A stretch of DNA of 64,000 bases from Candidatus Cloacimonadales bacterium (GCA_963677495.2 CAXXOU010000003.1:477872-541871); one strand, 5' to 3'; positions 20,163-30,207 are shown, numbered from the stretch's first letter. The notes: generated from the sequence alone by a model not told the origin. Numbers and translations: made by a program.

Positions 20163-21500
20163 TTATACCTTTACTCTATCTATTAAAATTTTATGCTTGC
20201 CGTTTTTGCTAACCTTAATTTTCGTCACAACCTCTAGTTGCCATTCTATGTACCCTTCAAGTTGAGCTTTGAGGTTTTCATTAATTAAATTTATATCATT
20301 TGTGGATAGTGTTGATGAAGTTGCAAGTCTAACGATTAATAAATCTTCGGAAACTCTTTCAACTTGATATGCCGATATTGTCTGAAAATCCTTTATTAAC
20401 TTACTTCCAAAAAAACTTGGAATAACGAGTCTACCACCATTCTTTAATTGAAGTACATCACTTGATCTGCCAAGTACAGATTCAAAAGAACTGAGTGGGT
20501 ATCTCGCACACTTCTCTGTGGTTGGAATAATTAAATCACCTATTTGGTATTTAATTAAGGGCATTGAAAAGTTATCTAAGTCTGTTATAATTGCATGCTT
20601 ATATTCTTGAGTACTATCCTTATAGTCTAAGAATACATGAGTATCCATTACATGATAGTTACCACAAACTGGGCATTCATACCCAAGACCCAAGATTTCA
20701 GTACTACCATAACAGTCATAGACTGGACCTAAATATTTTTCTATCAAATCTCTTTGATAGGATTGAAGATTCTCTGCAGTTGTGAAAACATATTGAATCC
20801 TATATCCTATCTTTAAATTATTATCTCGCATAAAAACACATAAATAGTATATTGCATTTGTATATCCTGTAACACAAAAGAATCTCTTAGATTTCAGCAA
20901 GCCATAAAGCTCACTGAAAGACTTTATATCAGACAAACTATACGCTGGGAAAAGCGTCTCATTATACAGGTAGTTTTTTATCTTTTGTTTGAATGTCTTT
21001 GATCTAGCTACATTGATTGGATTTCCCCAAATTTTCAAAGTCCTCTTCCCTGGCTTCCAACCTGATAGCCTTTGACCAGTTTCTGCAATCATTGATCCAT
21101 AATCCCGTGAGTACTGACTAGCTAATAAACGGACTGGAACTCCTGTTGATCCACCAGATGCAACAAGTTTAGCGTTATATTCTTTAATCTTTGATGACTT
21201 TAGTGACTCGAAATTGTTTTGTAAATCATCTCGACTTAAGATCGGGATCATATCCATATCTCTTAACTCATTAAATTCATAGGGATTAAATCCTGCATCA
21301 TCAAATCTAGACTTATAAAAGGGTACTGTTTCATAAGCATGAATCAATAATCTTTTTAGCTTTTTTAGTTGTACTTTTCTAATTTGGAGCTTATCTAAAT
21401 CTAGAATACCTCTAATCTCTTTAAGGACTTCAAACTTACTTCCCCCTATCACAAGATCAGATATTTTCAAAAAACTAGTTCTTAAAATTTGCCTAAACAA
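20163..21500 (-). CDS. CapK / phenylacetate-CoA ligase-like adenylate-forming enzyme
   Basis: HAYETVPFY, SGGSTGVP, YGSTE, MPLIKYQIGD, GRSSD, NGKHK. Confidence 0.85.
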   Translation of the reverse strand: MFRQILRTSFLKISDLVIGGSKFEVLKEIRGILDLDKLQIRKVQLKKLKRLLIHAYETVPFYKSRFDDAGFNPYEFNELRDMDMIPILSRDDLQNNFESLKSSKIKEYNAKLVASGGSTGVPVRLLASQYSRDYGSMIAETGQRLSGWKPGKRTLKIWGNPINVARSKTFKQKIKNYLYNETLFPAYSLSDIKSFSELYGLLKSKRFFCVTGYTNAIYYLCVFMRDNNLKIGYRIQYVFTTAENLQSYQRDLIEKYLGPVYDCYGSTEILGLGYECPVCGNYHVMDTHVFLDYKDSTQEYKHAIITDLDNFSMPLIKYQIGDLIIPTTEKCARYPLSSFESVLGRSSDVLQLKNGGRLVIPSFFGSKLIKDFQTISAYQVERVSEDLLIVRLATSSTLSTNDINLINENLKAQLEGYIEWQLEVVTKIKVSKNGKHKILIDRVKV

Positions 21501-21509
21501 TGTACACCT

Positions 21510-22229
21510 TTATACTAAGTCTTTAATTATTGTGTGATAACTATATGTTTTTGTAAAAACGAATCCACGCCTAATATGAAACATTAATGACTGAATATTA
21601 TTTACCTGAGTACCAGCTTTTAGCAATTCAATGTTATTATCAAGTAAGTATTTCTCAACACTATTAAGTAATTTTGAAGCAATTCCTTTTCCAGCTAATG
21701 CAGGATCTACAGCAAGTAACTCACTAACAGAATAACCATTTGATAGACTGTTTATAAGAAAAGCACAATGTTGCTTTTCTTTATAATAACAAATGATCTT
21801 ATCTTTTCTGTTAAAGGAGTTTTTTACCCACTCAGCATAAACTTGTCTATTCTTTGGATATAATTCCTTTACATTGTAAAACCTAGAAAGACTGAATGCG
21901 TTTTCAGCAAGCTCCACTAATCCATCTACTTTTGGCTGCGACGCTTTAACTGGTAGTTCTTGTTGGGTTAGTTTATCAATGGATAATTTTTTCTCTAGCT
22001 CCAAATTTATATCAGTATAGAATGCCCCAATACTAGCAAGAAGACGATTATTTACTGGATTATTATTTATGTTAACAAAAGTAATAAATTTATACTTTGA
22101 AACTAAGTCTTTAACTTCCATTATCTCTTTCTCAGTTAACTGACTATTAAGTAGTACTTTTGCTGAAGAGATTCCATAGAAATTGGTTTCCCACTCCAAT
22201 TCAATGATCGAAAACTTGTTATCTTTCAT
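21510..22229 (-). CDS. GNAT N-acetyltransferase (WecD-like)
   Basis: LEWETNFYG, SRF, LAVDPALAGKGIAS (acetyl-CoA motif A), GTQVNN, GF. Confidence 0.8.
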   Translation of the reverse strand: MKDNKFSIIELEWETNFYGISSAKVLLNSQLTEKEIMEVKDLVSKYKFITFVNINNNPVNNRLLASIGAFYTDINLELEKKLSIDKLTQQELPVKASQPKVDGLVELAENAFSLSRFYNVKELYPKNRQVYAEWVKNSFNRKDKIICYYKEKQHCAFLINSLSNGYSVSELLAVDPALAGKGIASKLLNSVEKYLLDNNIELLKAGTQVNNIQSLMFHIRRGFVFTKTYSYHTIIKDLV

Positions 22230-22238
22230 AGTTTTATC

Positions 22239-22922
22239 CTAAAACCCCAGACTACTTATCTTTCTAATCTGCATGAATGATTCTGCTGCAGATATTCCAA
22301 CATCTAAACCATTTTTCTGAGCAAGTAATCTAATTGCTTTTATAGATCTCGGATGTGGAAATTCAGGTATTTCTGACTGATGAGTAGACTGATAAGCTTC
22401 TAATGCTTCAAGCTTTTGCTCTAACTCTGAAGAAATGTCAATGAACAAGTTAGGATAAAACATCATTTTAGATAGCTTTGGAGCCCATTCTGTTGATGAT
22501 GGTGTTTCATAACAAATTAGTTCTCTAACAGAATTTGATGGTGTTGGGCGAGCGATTATCAGAGTTGCATTAAATACAACTCTATGATCCTGATTAACAT
22601 CTCCACCATGATGTGTATAAATAATTGTCGGGTTATAGCCCTCTATCAACTTCTCGATTCTCTGAACAACTTCAATTAATGGGTATCCGTCTAATCTTTG
22701 GTCATCGAAATCACCAAACATAACCTTAGTAACACCTAGAATTTTACACGCATTTCGAGCTGCTTGCTTTTGTTGAGCTTTATATTCATGCCTTGCTCCA
22801 ACACCATCTGTAAGAATCAGAACAGTGACCGTATCTCCTTTCTTAACGTGTTTTATTATTGTCCCACCTAAACCCAATGACTCATCATCAGGATGAGCTG
22901 CTAACACCAATACTCGTTCCAT
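22239..22922 (-). CDS. PIG-L/LmbE family N-deacetylase
   Basis: AAHPDDESLG, YTHHGGDVNQDH, YETPSSTEW, HPRS, AESF. Confidence 0.9.
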   Translation of the reverse strand: MERVLVLAAHPDDESLGLGGTIIKHVKKGDTVTVLILTDGVGARHEYKAQQKQAARNACKILGVTKVMFGDFDDQRLDGYPLIEVVQRIEKLIEGYNPTIIYTHHGGDVNQDHRVVFNATLIIARPTPSNSVRELICYETPSSTEWAPKLSKMMFYPNLFIDISSELEQKLEALEAYQSTHQSEIPEFPHPRSIKAIRLLAQKNGLDVGISAAESFMQIRKISSLGF

Positions 22923-22933
22923 GAATTCTCCAA

Positions 22934-25078
22934 TTACTTTTTATAGGTTATAATGATGTCTTTTACTGCTTTTATAACTCGTTCAACATCTTCATCTTTC
23001 ATTTTTGTGTGTAATGGTAATGAAATTTCTCTATTATAGAACCATTCTGTGTGTTCAAACATTCCGTTTTGTAAACCAAGTTTCTTTTGATAATATGGAT
23101 GCAAGTGTATAGGGACATAATGAACTGAAGTAAGAATATTTTTCTCCCTTAGTTTTTTTATAAACTCATCTCTATTAATATTCATTTTATCAACTTCTAT
23201 CAAGAATGGGTAAAGATGTCTTGTTGGAAGGCTATTCTCAGTAATGTTAGGAGTAATTACTTCTCCAAGCTGATTAAACTCATTATCATAAAGTTCACAG
23301 ATTTCTCTTCTTCGTTCATTGAAGCTATCAATCTTTTTTAGTTGTTGCAAACCAAGAGCTGCCTGAATATCAGTGAAATTATACTTAAATCCAAGATCAG
23401 TTATCTCATAATACCAGCTACCAGTGTTTGAGTATCTCTTCCAAGCATTTCTGTTCATACCAAATGATACCATTCTTGAAATTTTGTCTGCTACTTCAGG
23501 ATTCTTTGTTGTAACTAACCCACCTTCACCAGTTGTAAGGTTCTTAGTAGCATAGAAACTAAACGCTGCAGAATCTTCATATGTACCAAATTTAGCACCT
23601 TTATACTCTCCACCAATTCCATGAGCAGCATCAGCAAGTATTAACAGATTATATTTCCTTGCAAGTGCTTGAAGTTTCTCATATTGTAAAGCATTACCAC
23701 TATAATACACTGGTACTATAGCCTTTGTATTTTTGGTGATTTTTTCTTCAATTTTGGAATAATCGATATTGTAAGTTTTCGGGTCTATATCTACTAGCAC
23801 TGGCTTAGCACCTGTCTGGATAATAGTACTTACTGTAGCAGTAAATGTCAATGGTGTTGTAATTACTTCATCGCCTGGACCAATGTTATAACCAAGTAGC
23901 TGTAAATGTAATCCTGCAGTACATGAACTTACTGGGATACAGAATAATTCATCATCGCCCAAATATTCTTTCACTGCTCGAGCAAATCGCTGGCTCTTTG
24001 GGCCTGTAGATAACCATCCTGAATCAAGAGTGTCCCAAATTTCAAGTTTTTCATCATCTGAAACATCAGGTACAGCAAAAGGTAGAATTCTATCCTTATC
24101 AATGTTTTTCCAAACTTTAACATTATGGTATACATCTTTATAGATATCCATTTGTTCTTTCGATACAAACCCGTATATCTCTTTCACTCCATTGGAAATG
24201 TTTTCCTTTGTGTCAAAGTTAAGAACTTGTTTTATTTTATCAAAACATACATGATAGTCTCTCTCATCATCTATAACTGAGGACTGTCTAACAACAGATT
24301 GTGGTATTTGATCTTTTATTGCTTCTCCTATCTCCAGTATACGATAGTTGTTCCTATTGCTTCCAACATTAAAAACCTGACCTCGGACGAGTTTATCTGG
24401 TGCTTTTAAGGCAGCAACAAAAGCCCTCGCTGCGTCTCTGCAGTGCAAGAATGGTCTCCATTGCTTTCCACCAAAAATCTCAACAGGTTCCTTTATGGCT
24501 GCTTTAGCTGACATAATATTAACTGCTAAATCAAATCTCATTCTATCTGACAACCCGAAAATTGTAGATAATCTCAAAATAACTGAGCTTAACTCAGTCT
24601 GGTGTTTATGTAGCAATTGTTCAGACATTACTCTTGTTTCAGCATACCATGAAACAGGATTCAGAGGAGATTCTTCAGTAAGGGTTTTAGCTTCACCCAT
24701 TTTCCCATAAACACTGCATGATGATGCAAAAACCAATCTTTTAATATTTCTTTCAATACACTTCTTCACAAGAAGTTCATTTGCTTTGTAATTGATTGTA
24801 TACGTTGTGTCTTTATTAACATTACAAGCAGGATCTCCTACAATAGCCGCTAAAGCAATAACACCATCAACCCCGGATAGTGATTTATCAATATCTTCTT
24901 CATCTCTGATATCACCTACTATTAATGAAAACTTTTCATTATTCTGGAATCTAGTAATACCTGAATCTCCATAGATTAACTTATCTAAAACAACTACTTC
25001 ATATCCATCAGTTAATAGCTGTGATACAACAAAATTTCCAATGTATCCAGCTCCACCAGTAACGAGAATTCTTTTCAT
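22934..25078 (-). CDS. Fusion: NAD-dependent epimerase/dehydratase (about aa 1-325) plus DegT-family PLP aminotransferase
   Basis: N-terminal half has GGAGYIG, LAAIVGDPAC, ASSCSVYG, RFDLAVN, WRPFLH; C-terminal half has SGWLSTGP, SSCTAGLHL, DAAH, FSFYATKNLTTGEGG, GFKYN, VHYVPIH, ISLPL; one uninterrupted frame. Confidence 0.9.
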   Translation of the reverse strand: MKRILVTGGAGYIGNFVVSQLLTDGYEVVVLDKLIYGDSGITRFQNNEKFSLIVGDIRDEEDIDKSLSGVDGVIALAAIVGDPACNVNKDTTYTINYKANELLVKKCIERNIKRLVFASSCSVYGKMGEAKTLTEESPLNPVSWYAETRVMSEQLLHKHQTELSSVILRLSTIFGLSDRMRFDLAVNIMSAKAAIKEPVEIFGGKQWRPFLHCRDAARAFVAALKAPDKLVRGQVFNVGSNRNNYRILEIGEAIKDQIPQSVVRQSSVIDDERDYHVCFDKIKQVLNFDTKENISNGVKEIYGFVSKEQMDIYKDVYHNVKVWKNIDKDRILPFAVPDVSDDEKLEIWDTLDSGWLSTGPKSQRFARAVKEYLGDDELFCIPVSSCTAGLHLQLLGYNIGPGDEVITTPLTFTATVSTIIQTGAKPVLVDIDPKTYNIDYSKIEEKITKNTKAIVPVYYSGNALQYEKLQALARKYNLLILADAAHGIGGEYKGAKFGTYEDSAAFSFYATKNLTTGEGGLVTTKNPEVADKISRMVSFGMNRNAWKRYSNTGSWYYEITDLGFKYNFTDIQAALGLQQLKKIDSFNERRREICELYDNEFNQLGEVITPNITENSLPTRHLYPFLIEVDKMNINRDEFIKKLREKNILTSVHYVPIHLHPYYQKKLGLQNGMFEHTEWFYNREISLPLHTKMKDEDVERVIKAVKDIIITYKK

Positions 25079-25093
25079 AAATCACCTCTATTG

Positions 25094-25867
25094 TTATATT
25101 TCATAATCAGATTTTCTTAATACTTTTATTGCCCCAACCCTACCTTTGTTGAATAGTAAATCTATAAAAGACATACCGGCAATAAAATCACCTTGTAATT
25201 GGGCATAAGCAGGATGCGTAAACTTTTGAAATACTAGTTTTACCCCATTTGATTTAAACAAATCTCTATCTAAATAATCTTTTCCGCTTACACCTGCAAC
25301 AAAAACATCAGCTTTAGCCACTTTGCACATATTTAAGACTAACTCAGAGGAAACTCCATCAATTTTGTAACCAGCTTCAATAAGTTTTGATGTCCTAAAA
25401 ACAGGTACTTTTATATCAAACATTTCGAAAGCATATTGAATTATTGCCAGATTCAAGTCTAATAAATGTGAATACTCCTTATTAAATATTAATTCGAGAC
25501 TGGGAAAAACATCTTTGAAGTAAGGTGCTTTTTTGTAGGAAGCCTTAATAGTATCTAGAAGCCTTTTAATTTTATCAGGATCATGTATTAGCACATTACG
25601 CATCAAATGAATCTCTCTTTTATTTTTTATTGGAATTGATAACCATTTCCACCCATTGTCAGAGTTAAATCTTATCTTGTTTCGATTTTCAAAATACTCT
25701 TTCTCAAACTGGACATGATCCAATAAAAAATATACATCCCCCATTGTTGCCTTAGAAATGAAACCTAACCAAGGGAGGAATTCAGCCTGATGAGAAACTA
25801 ATATCCTTTCACCAGCATCAATTCTCCTTGAGTCACTACTTTTTACGATATTGTCTAAATCCAACAT
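25094..25867 (-). CDS. WbqC-like protein
   Basis: HQAEFLPWLGF, LDHVQF, NRNKI, WLSIP, YKKAPYF, SGKDYLD, YAQL..FIAGMSFIDLLFN. Confidence 0.88.
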   Translation of the reverse strand: MLDLDNIVKSSDSRRIDAGERILVSHQAEFLPWLGFISKATMGDVYFLLDHVQFEKEYFENRNKIRFNSDNGWKWLSIPIKNKREIHLMRNVLIHDPDKIKRLLDTIKASYKKAPYFKDVFPSLELIFNKEYSHLLDLNLAIIQYAFEMFDIKVPVFRTSKLIEAGYKIDGVSSELVLNMCKVAKADVFVAGVSGKDYLDRDLFKSNGVKLVFQKFTHPAYAQLQGDFIAGMSFIDLLFNKGRVGAIKVLRKSDYEI

Positions 25868-25872
25868 TCCTT

Positions 25873-27381
25873 CTAGTCCTTCAATTCTGTTTTAACATAT
25901 TTAGTTAACATTTTGGGATTAACTGTGGCTAAATAATAGAAAAGATCCTCTTTGGTAAATTGCTTCGTTAAGAATAGTATCAACAAATAAACTAAACCTC
26001 CTGATATAGCTGTTAAGCCCAATGTAAACAAATTATTGGGAACATTTATCTGGTGGTATAAAAGATGAATAAAGTAAAATACTGAAACTCCTGAAAGTAA
26101 CTTTATAAGGGTTCTCCAGCTCGGTTTTGAACCCGAGATTTTGAAAGCATAATACCTAAAGACTGTCGTCCCAACAAAATTACTAACAAGCAAAGATAAT
26201 GCCGCCCCTGCTCCACCAAGATTCAAAGCAGTAAATGAAAGAAAACTCTCAGGTATAAACACAAAGTAGAACACTATGTTCATTATCAACATCAAAATAC
26301 TAATAATCATAGCGGCTACTATCTTATTCATCCCCATTAACTGACCAGTAAATGGTTGAGCACTAATCAATAAAACAGCATTGATTATTAAGAATTTCAT
26401 TATCAGAGATGATGGACCAAACTCACTTCCTAAAACTATAAGTTGAACTTGATCACTAAAGAAAAAAAGAAACGATCCAATCGCAAACAGTGGTATCGAC
26501 AAATAATGTTCTATCTTATGTGAAAGATTTCTTATCCCTTCAAGATTTCCTTGAGAATTTAACTTTGAATATGATGGTAATAATAGACTTACAAAAACCA
26601 CACTCAACATTGATATCATTCTAGTTAATGACTGCCCTGCAGTGTAATATCCTACTTCAGTTGCATTTGATAAAAGATTGATAAACACTTTATCAAGTTG
26701 CATCGCTAAACTTGAAGATACTCCTATTATGAAAGCAGGTCCAGCAAAAAGTGAGTAATCTTTTAAAAGGGGTTTATTGAAAGGTTTAAATTTTAACTTC
26801 CTGAATAACCAAATTGCAACTAACAAACTGACTATAACACCACCTAATTGTGCATAGGCTAAGCTCATAGTTCCTAAACCGATAATCGCAAACAATACTT
26901 TTAAAGATGCATTAGTCGCCTTATCAGAAATAAGTATACTCCACTCTTTCGCTTTTTCAAGTCTTGCAGCAAAAGTATCCGAAAAGAATCTGGTAAAATA
27001 TGCAATCGAAACAGAAAGAAGAACTATATAGAACACATTAATCGAATCTTCTGGAACAGGTAGCTTCCCCCCTGCTGACTTAATTAAAAGGAAGGAAGAT
27101 AAACACACAATACTCACTATAAAAATCAAAACTGATTTTATTACAATATACACTGTATTACATTCCGCTTGGTCTCTACCTTCTGAAATTCGTTTCTGAT
27201 GTGCTAAGCCAAAGCCTAAAGAGCTAAAACTAAAAAAACTAGCACAAAAAGCTAAGGCAGAAGATACTGTTCCCATTGCAGTTGGTCCCATGTACCTAGA
27301 AACAAAATATACTGACACAATTCCAAGAAACTGTGCGGATATATTCATTATAAATGAGAGAGCCGATTTTTGCTTAAGCAT
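25873..27381 (-). CDS. wzx: Wzx flippase (MOP/PST family)
   Basis: About 14 TM segments; SRYMGP..MG, LDKVFI, VGYYTAG, LLPSYS. Likely start MLKQK at 27381 after GGAGAG (ORF track starts at 27495). Confidence 0.88.
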   Translation of the reverse strand: MLKQKSALSFIMNISAQFLGIVSVYFVSRYMGPTAMGTVSSALAFCASFFSFSSLGFGLAHQKRISEGRDQAECNTVYIVIKSVLIFIVSIVCLSSFLLIKSAGGKLPVPEDSINVFYIVLLSVSIAYFTRFFSDTFAARLEKAKEWSILISDKATNASLKVLFAIIGLGTMSLAYAQLGGVIVSLLVAIWLFRKLKFKPFNKPLLKDYSLFAGPAFIIGVSSSLAMQLDKVFINLLSNATEVGYYTAGQSLTRMISMLSVVFVSLLLPSYSKLNSQGNLEGIRNLSHKIEHYLSIPLFAIGSFLFFFSDQVQLIVLGSEFGPSSLIMKFLIINAVLLISAQPFTGQLMGMNKIVAAMIISILMLIMNIVFYFVFIPESFLSFTALNLGGAGAALSLLVSNFVGTTVFRYYAFKISGSKPSWRTLIKLLSGVSVFYFIHLLYHQINVPNNLFTLGLTAISGGLVYLLILFLTKQFTKEDLFYYLATVNPKMLTKYVKTELKD

Positions 27382-28537
27382 TGAACTCTCCATTATACAC
27401 TTCCAGATGTGTGTTAATAACTTTTTCCCAACTGAAAGCCGAAAGTATAAATTCTCTACATTTTTCTCTATCAATATTTGATGATAACAACTCACTTAAC
27501 ATTGGCTTTAGGTCATCAAATTTCTCAGGGATTGCATAAAAAAGTTTAGTCGTTTGTTTTGGCAAGTGATGCAATGTCGTTGCTAAAACTTGAGTACCGC
27601 ATGCTAAAGCCTCTAACGGAACATAGGACGTCCCAGCAAAACTTAAGTCCTCTTTATCATGAGGTAGATAGATTAGCACATCTGCTGCATTATAAAAATT
27701 AGATAGCTCTTCATGACCTACATACTCAATAACCTTTTCCCCACGTATAATTAGCTCATCATAATATGGGTCACTAATATTAATTCCAACAAAAACAAAA
27801 AAGTATTCATCCGAAGATGCATCTAAAAAATCTATAATCCAGTCAAAACCTCTCTTCTTATAAGCTCTACCCACTTGCAAAATTACTTTTTTTTCTAGAG
27901 GTAATCCAAGTTTCTTTTTACTCTCAACTTTATCTTTAATTTCCATTCCTTTAGCATACATTCCTAAAATCGGACTATGCACAACAGGTAAATTTGCATG
28001 TCTAAAGTATGACTCTACTGGTTTACATATTGTTATGCATTTTGTATAGTGAGTTAGAAAGAAACTTTTACATAGATAATGCAGGATTAATCCGAGTTTG
28101 TTTCCGTTGTTATTATATTTCCAAAGTGGATCAGCTCCACCTATGTGTGTTACTGCTATATTGTGCTTTGCCACAAGTTTTGTCATAATACCTAAGCTAT
28201 ACTTCCAGGTTCCCATTACATGAAAAGCAATATCCCTATTCTTTTTAGTTCTTATCAGTTGTTTCATTAACTGTAAAGAAAACTCACCTAAAACAGGGAC
28301 CAAGATAGAAGGGAAAATAATATATTTTATACCTTCATCATAGTGAATTTCCGTCTTTTTAATTCTTTTATCCTGACGCCAGACTTCACATGAATAATCC
28401 TTAGACTGCTTTAGCAGTTCTCGAGCAATAAACTTACCCATGCCATAAATAATGAACCCTTTCGTACCTGGTCTATAGCACTCTAGATCTGCTTTATATT
28501 GATGAGCAGATATCGATTCAAGGAATATAATTTTCAT
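27374..28537 (-). CDS. GT4-like glycosyltransferase
   Basis: ILQVGR..KKRG, FYNAADV, PLEALACGTQV, FSWEKV. Confidence 0.8.
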   Translation of the reverse strand: MKIIFLESISAHQYKADLECYRPGTKGFIIYGMGKFIARELLKQSKDYSCEVWRQDKRIKKTEIHYDEGIKYIIFPSILVPVLGEFSLQLMKQLIRTKKNRDIAFHVMGTWKYSLGIMTKLVAKHNIAVTHIGGADPLWKYNNNGNKLGLILHYLCKSFFLTHYTKCITICKPVESYFRHANLPVVHSPILGMYAKGMEIKDKVESKKKLGLPLEKKVILQVGRAYKKRGFDWIIDFLDASSDEYFFVFVGINISDPYYDELIIRGEKVIEYVGHEELSNFYNAADVLIYLPHDKEDLSFAGTSYVPLEALACGTQVLATTLHHLPKQTTKLFYAIPEKFDDLKPMLSELLSSNIDREKCREFILSAFSWEKVINTHLEVYNGEFNA

Positions 28538-29034
28538 TATGTTGAAAGCACTCCCATAATCACTACATCTTGATACGAACCATTTACAAACATATCACTT
28601 TTCAATAAGCCCTCTTTGATGAAACCGGCTTTTTCATAAATTCTAACTGCAGCAATATTATCAGACAATACCTTCAGCCAAATACGATTTAAATTCAAAG
28701 TATTAAAACCATATTTTAAAAGCTCTTCAACTGCTTGCAGACCATAACCCTTTCCCCATTCATCTTTTTCACCAATCTTTATACGCAACTCTGCTTTTCG
28801 ATTTGGATAATCTATCTCAAACAATCCACATGTACCAATAAGTTTCTTTTCTTCAACTATCTCAATTCCAAATAGCGTCTGATTCTTCCTATCTGGTAAA
28901 GATTTATACCATGAGATGTGCTCTATTTCAGAAACTGGAGTAAAAGTATTGGTAAATCTAATAACTTCGTAATCATTGACCCAATTATACATTTGGGGTA
29001 AATCTGAATCTTTTAATCCTCTAAGTCTTATCAT
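28537..29034 (-). CDS. GNAT (RimJ/RimL-like) N-acyltransferase
   Basis: LIGTCGL, AELRIKIG, WGKGYG, LNLNRIWL, NIAAVRIYEKAGF.KEG. Confidence 0.88.
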   Translation of the reverse strand: MIRLRGLKDSDLPQMYNWVNDYEVIRFTNTFTPVSEIEHISWYKSLPDRKNQTLFGIEIVEEKKLIGTCGLFEIDYPNRKAELRIKIGEKDEWGKGYGLQAVEELLKYGFNTLNLNRIWLKVLSDNIAAVRIYEKAGFIKEGLLKSDMFVNGSYQDVVIMGVLST

Positions 29035-29045
29035 ATAAAAATCCC

Positions 29046-30149
29046 TCAGTTTCTCTTAGATACTAGTTCGAAAACTTCATTAGCTATCGCTAAACAAGAT
29101 GTCAAACCCGGTGATTCTATTCCGGTTAAATGTATAAAACCCGGGAATCCTACTTCCGCTTGATCTGCAATATAGAAATCTTTTACGCAATCATTTGGTC
29201 CCTGAAGTTTAGGTCTTATTCCACAGTCATCGAGATGCAATTTTTCCTTATCAATATCTATATATCGTGATACGGCAGTGTAAAAATCATTTTTGTATGA
29301 TTCGTCTATCGCATAATTTAGCTCATCAACATAATACGCATTTGGCCCAAATCTAACTTCTCCATTAAGGTTTATCGTTAAATGAATGCCAAGAAAGATA
29401 CCATTAGGATCTGGAACTGGATAAACAAGATGTTTCATGTCTTTGATTGAGTTATCTTTGTAATACTCTCCCTTACACCAGTACAATCTATTCATGTTCT
29501 CCTTATCAATGCCTATTAATCCACCTACTTCATGAGAATATAATCCGGATGAATTAATTATGAACTCACTCTTAAATTGCTCACCATTAGAAAAAGTTAC
29601 GTAGTAAAATGAGTCTCTATAATCAATATCTATTACTTCGGAATCGTAAATTACGAAACCATCGTTATCTTCAATATTACTCTCTAATTGTTTCATAACA
29701 GAATGAGTATCAACAATTCCTGTTGAGGGTACAAAAAGTGCACCAGTTGCTTTTACTCTCGGTTCAATCGTATTAACTTCACTTTGTGTTAAAAACTTAA
29801 TATCCTTAACACCGTTTTCAATACCTTTGCTTCTAAGAGTCTCTAAAGTGCTTAACTCTTCTGTCGTTGTTGCAACTATAAGTTTGCCACATTTGTTATA
29901 CTTTATTGAGTTTTTCTCTGCAAAAGCATATAGTAATTCAGCTCCTTCAACACAGAGTTTTGCCTTTAAACTGTCTTTTGGATAATAGATACCGGAATGG
30001 ATAACTTCACTATTTCTACTGCTGGTGTGCTTGCCAAAAGATGATTCTTTTTCAACCACTACAACGTCATCAAACTCTTTTGATAAACGCTCTCCAATTG
30101 CCAAACCAACTATCCCTGCACCAATAACAAGTATTTTTACTTCTTCCAT
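29046..30149 (-). CDS. FAD-dependent oxidoreductase, L-2-hydroxyglutarate oxidase (LhgO)-like
   Basis: VIGAGIVG, TSSRNSEVIHSGIYY, CGKLIVA, KGEYY, LGIHLT, GIRPKL, GIESPGLTS. Likely start MEEVK at 30149 after GGAGAG. Confidence 0.85.
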   Translation of the reverse strand: MEEVKILVIGAGIVGLAIGERLSKEFDDVVVVEKESSFGKHTSSRNSEVIHSGIYYPKDSLKAKLCVEGAELLYAFAEKNSIKYNKCGKLIVATTTEELSTLETLRSKGIENGVKDIKFLTQSEVNTIEPRVKATGALFVPSTGIVDTHSVMKQLESNIEDNDGFVIYDSEVIDIDYRDSFYYVTFSNGEQFKSEFIINSSGLYSHEVGGLIGIDKENMNRLYWCKGEYYKDNSIKDMKHLVYPVPDPNGIFLGIHLTINLNGEVRFGPNAYYVDELNYAIDESYKNDFYTAVSRYIDIDKEKLHLDDCGIRPKLQGPNDCVKDFYIADQAEVGFPGFIHLTGIESPGLTSCLAIANEVFELVSKRN

Positions 30150-30167
30150 TGCTCTCTCCAATTTAAA

Positions 30168-30207
30168 CACAGCTTCGCCCCGTGACTTACAGGCTTCTGC
30201 ATCACTT
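30168..30207 (-). promoter_or_regulatory. JUMPStart/ops-like leader element of the polysaccharide operon
   Basis: Minus strand reads AAGTGATGCAGAAGCCTGTAAGTCACGGGGCGAAGCTGTG, just upstream of the RBS of the first gene. It resembles the enterobacterial JUMPStart 3' half (AAGCCAGGGGCGGTAGCGTG). Confidence 0.5.
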
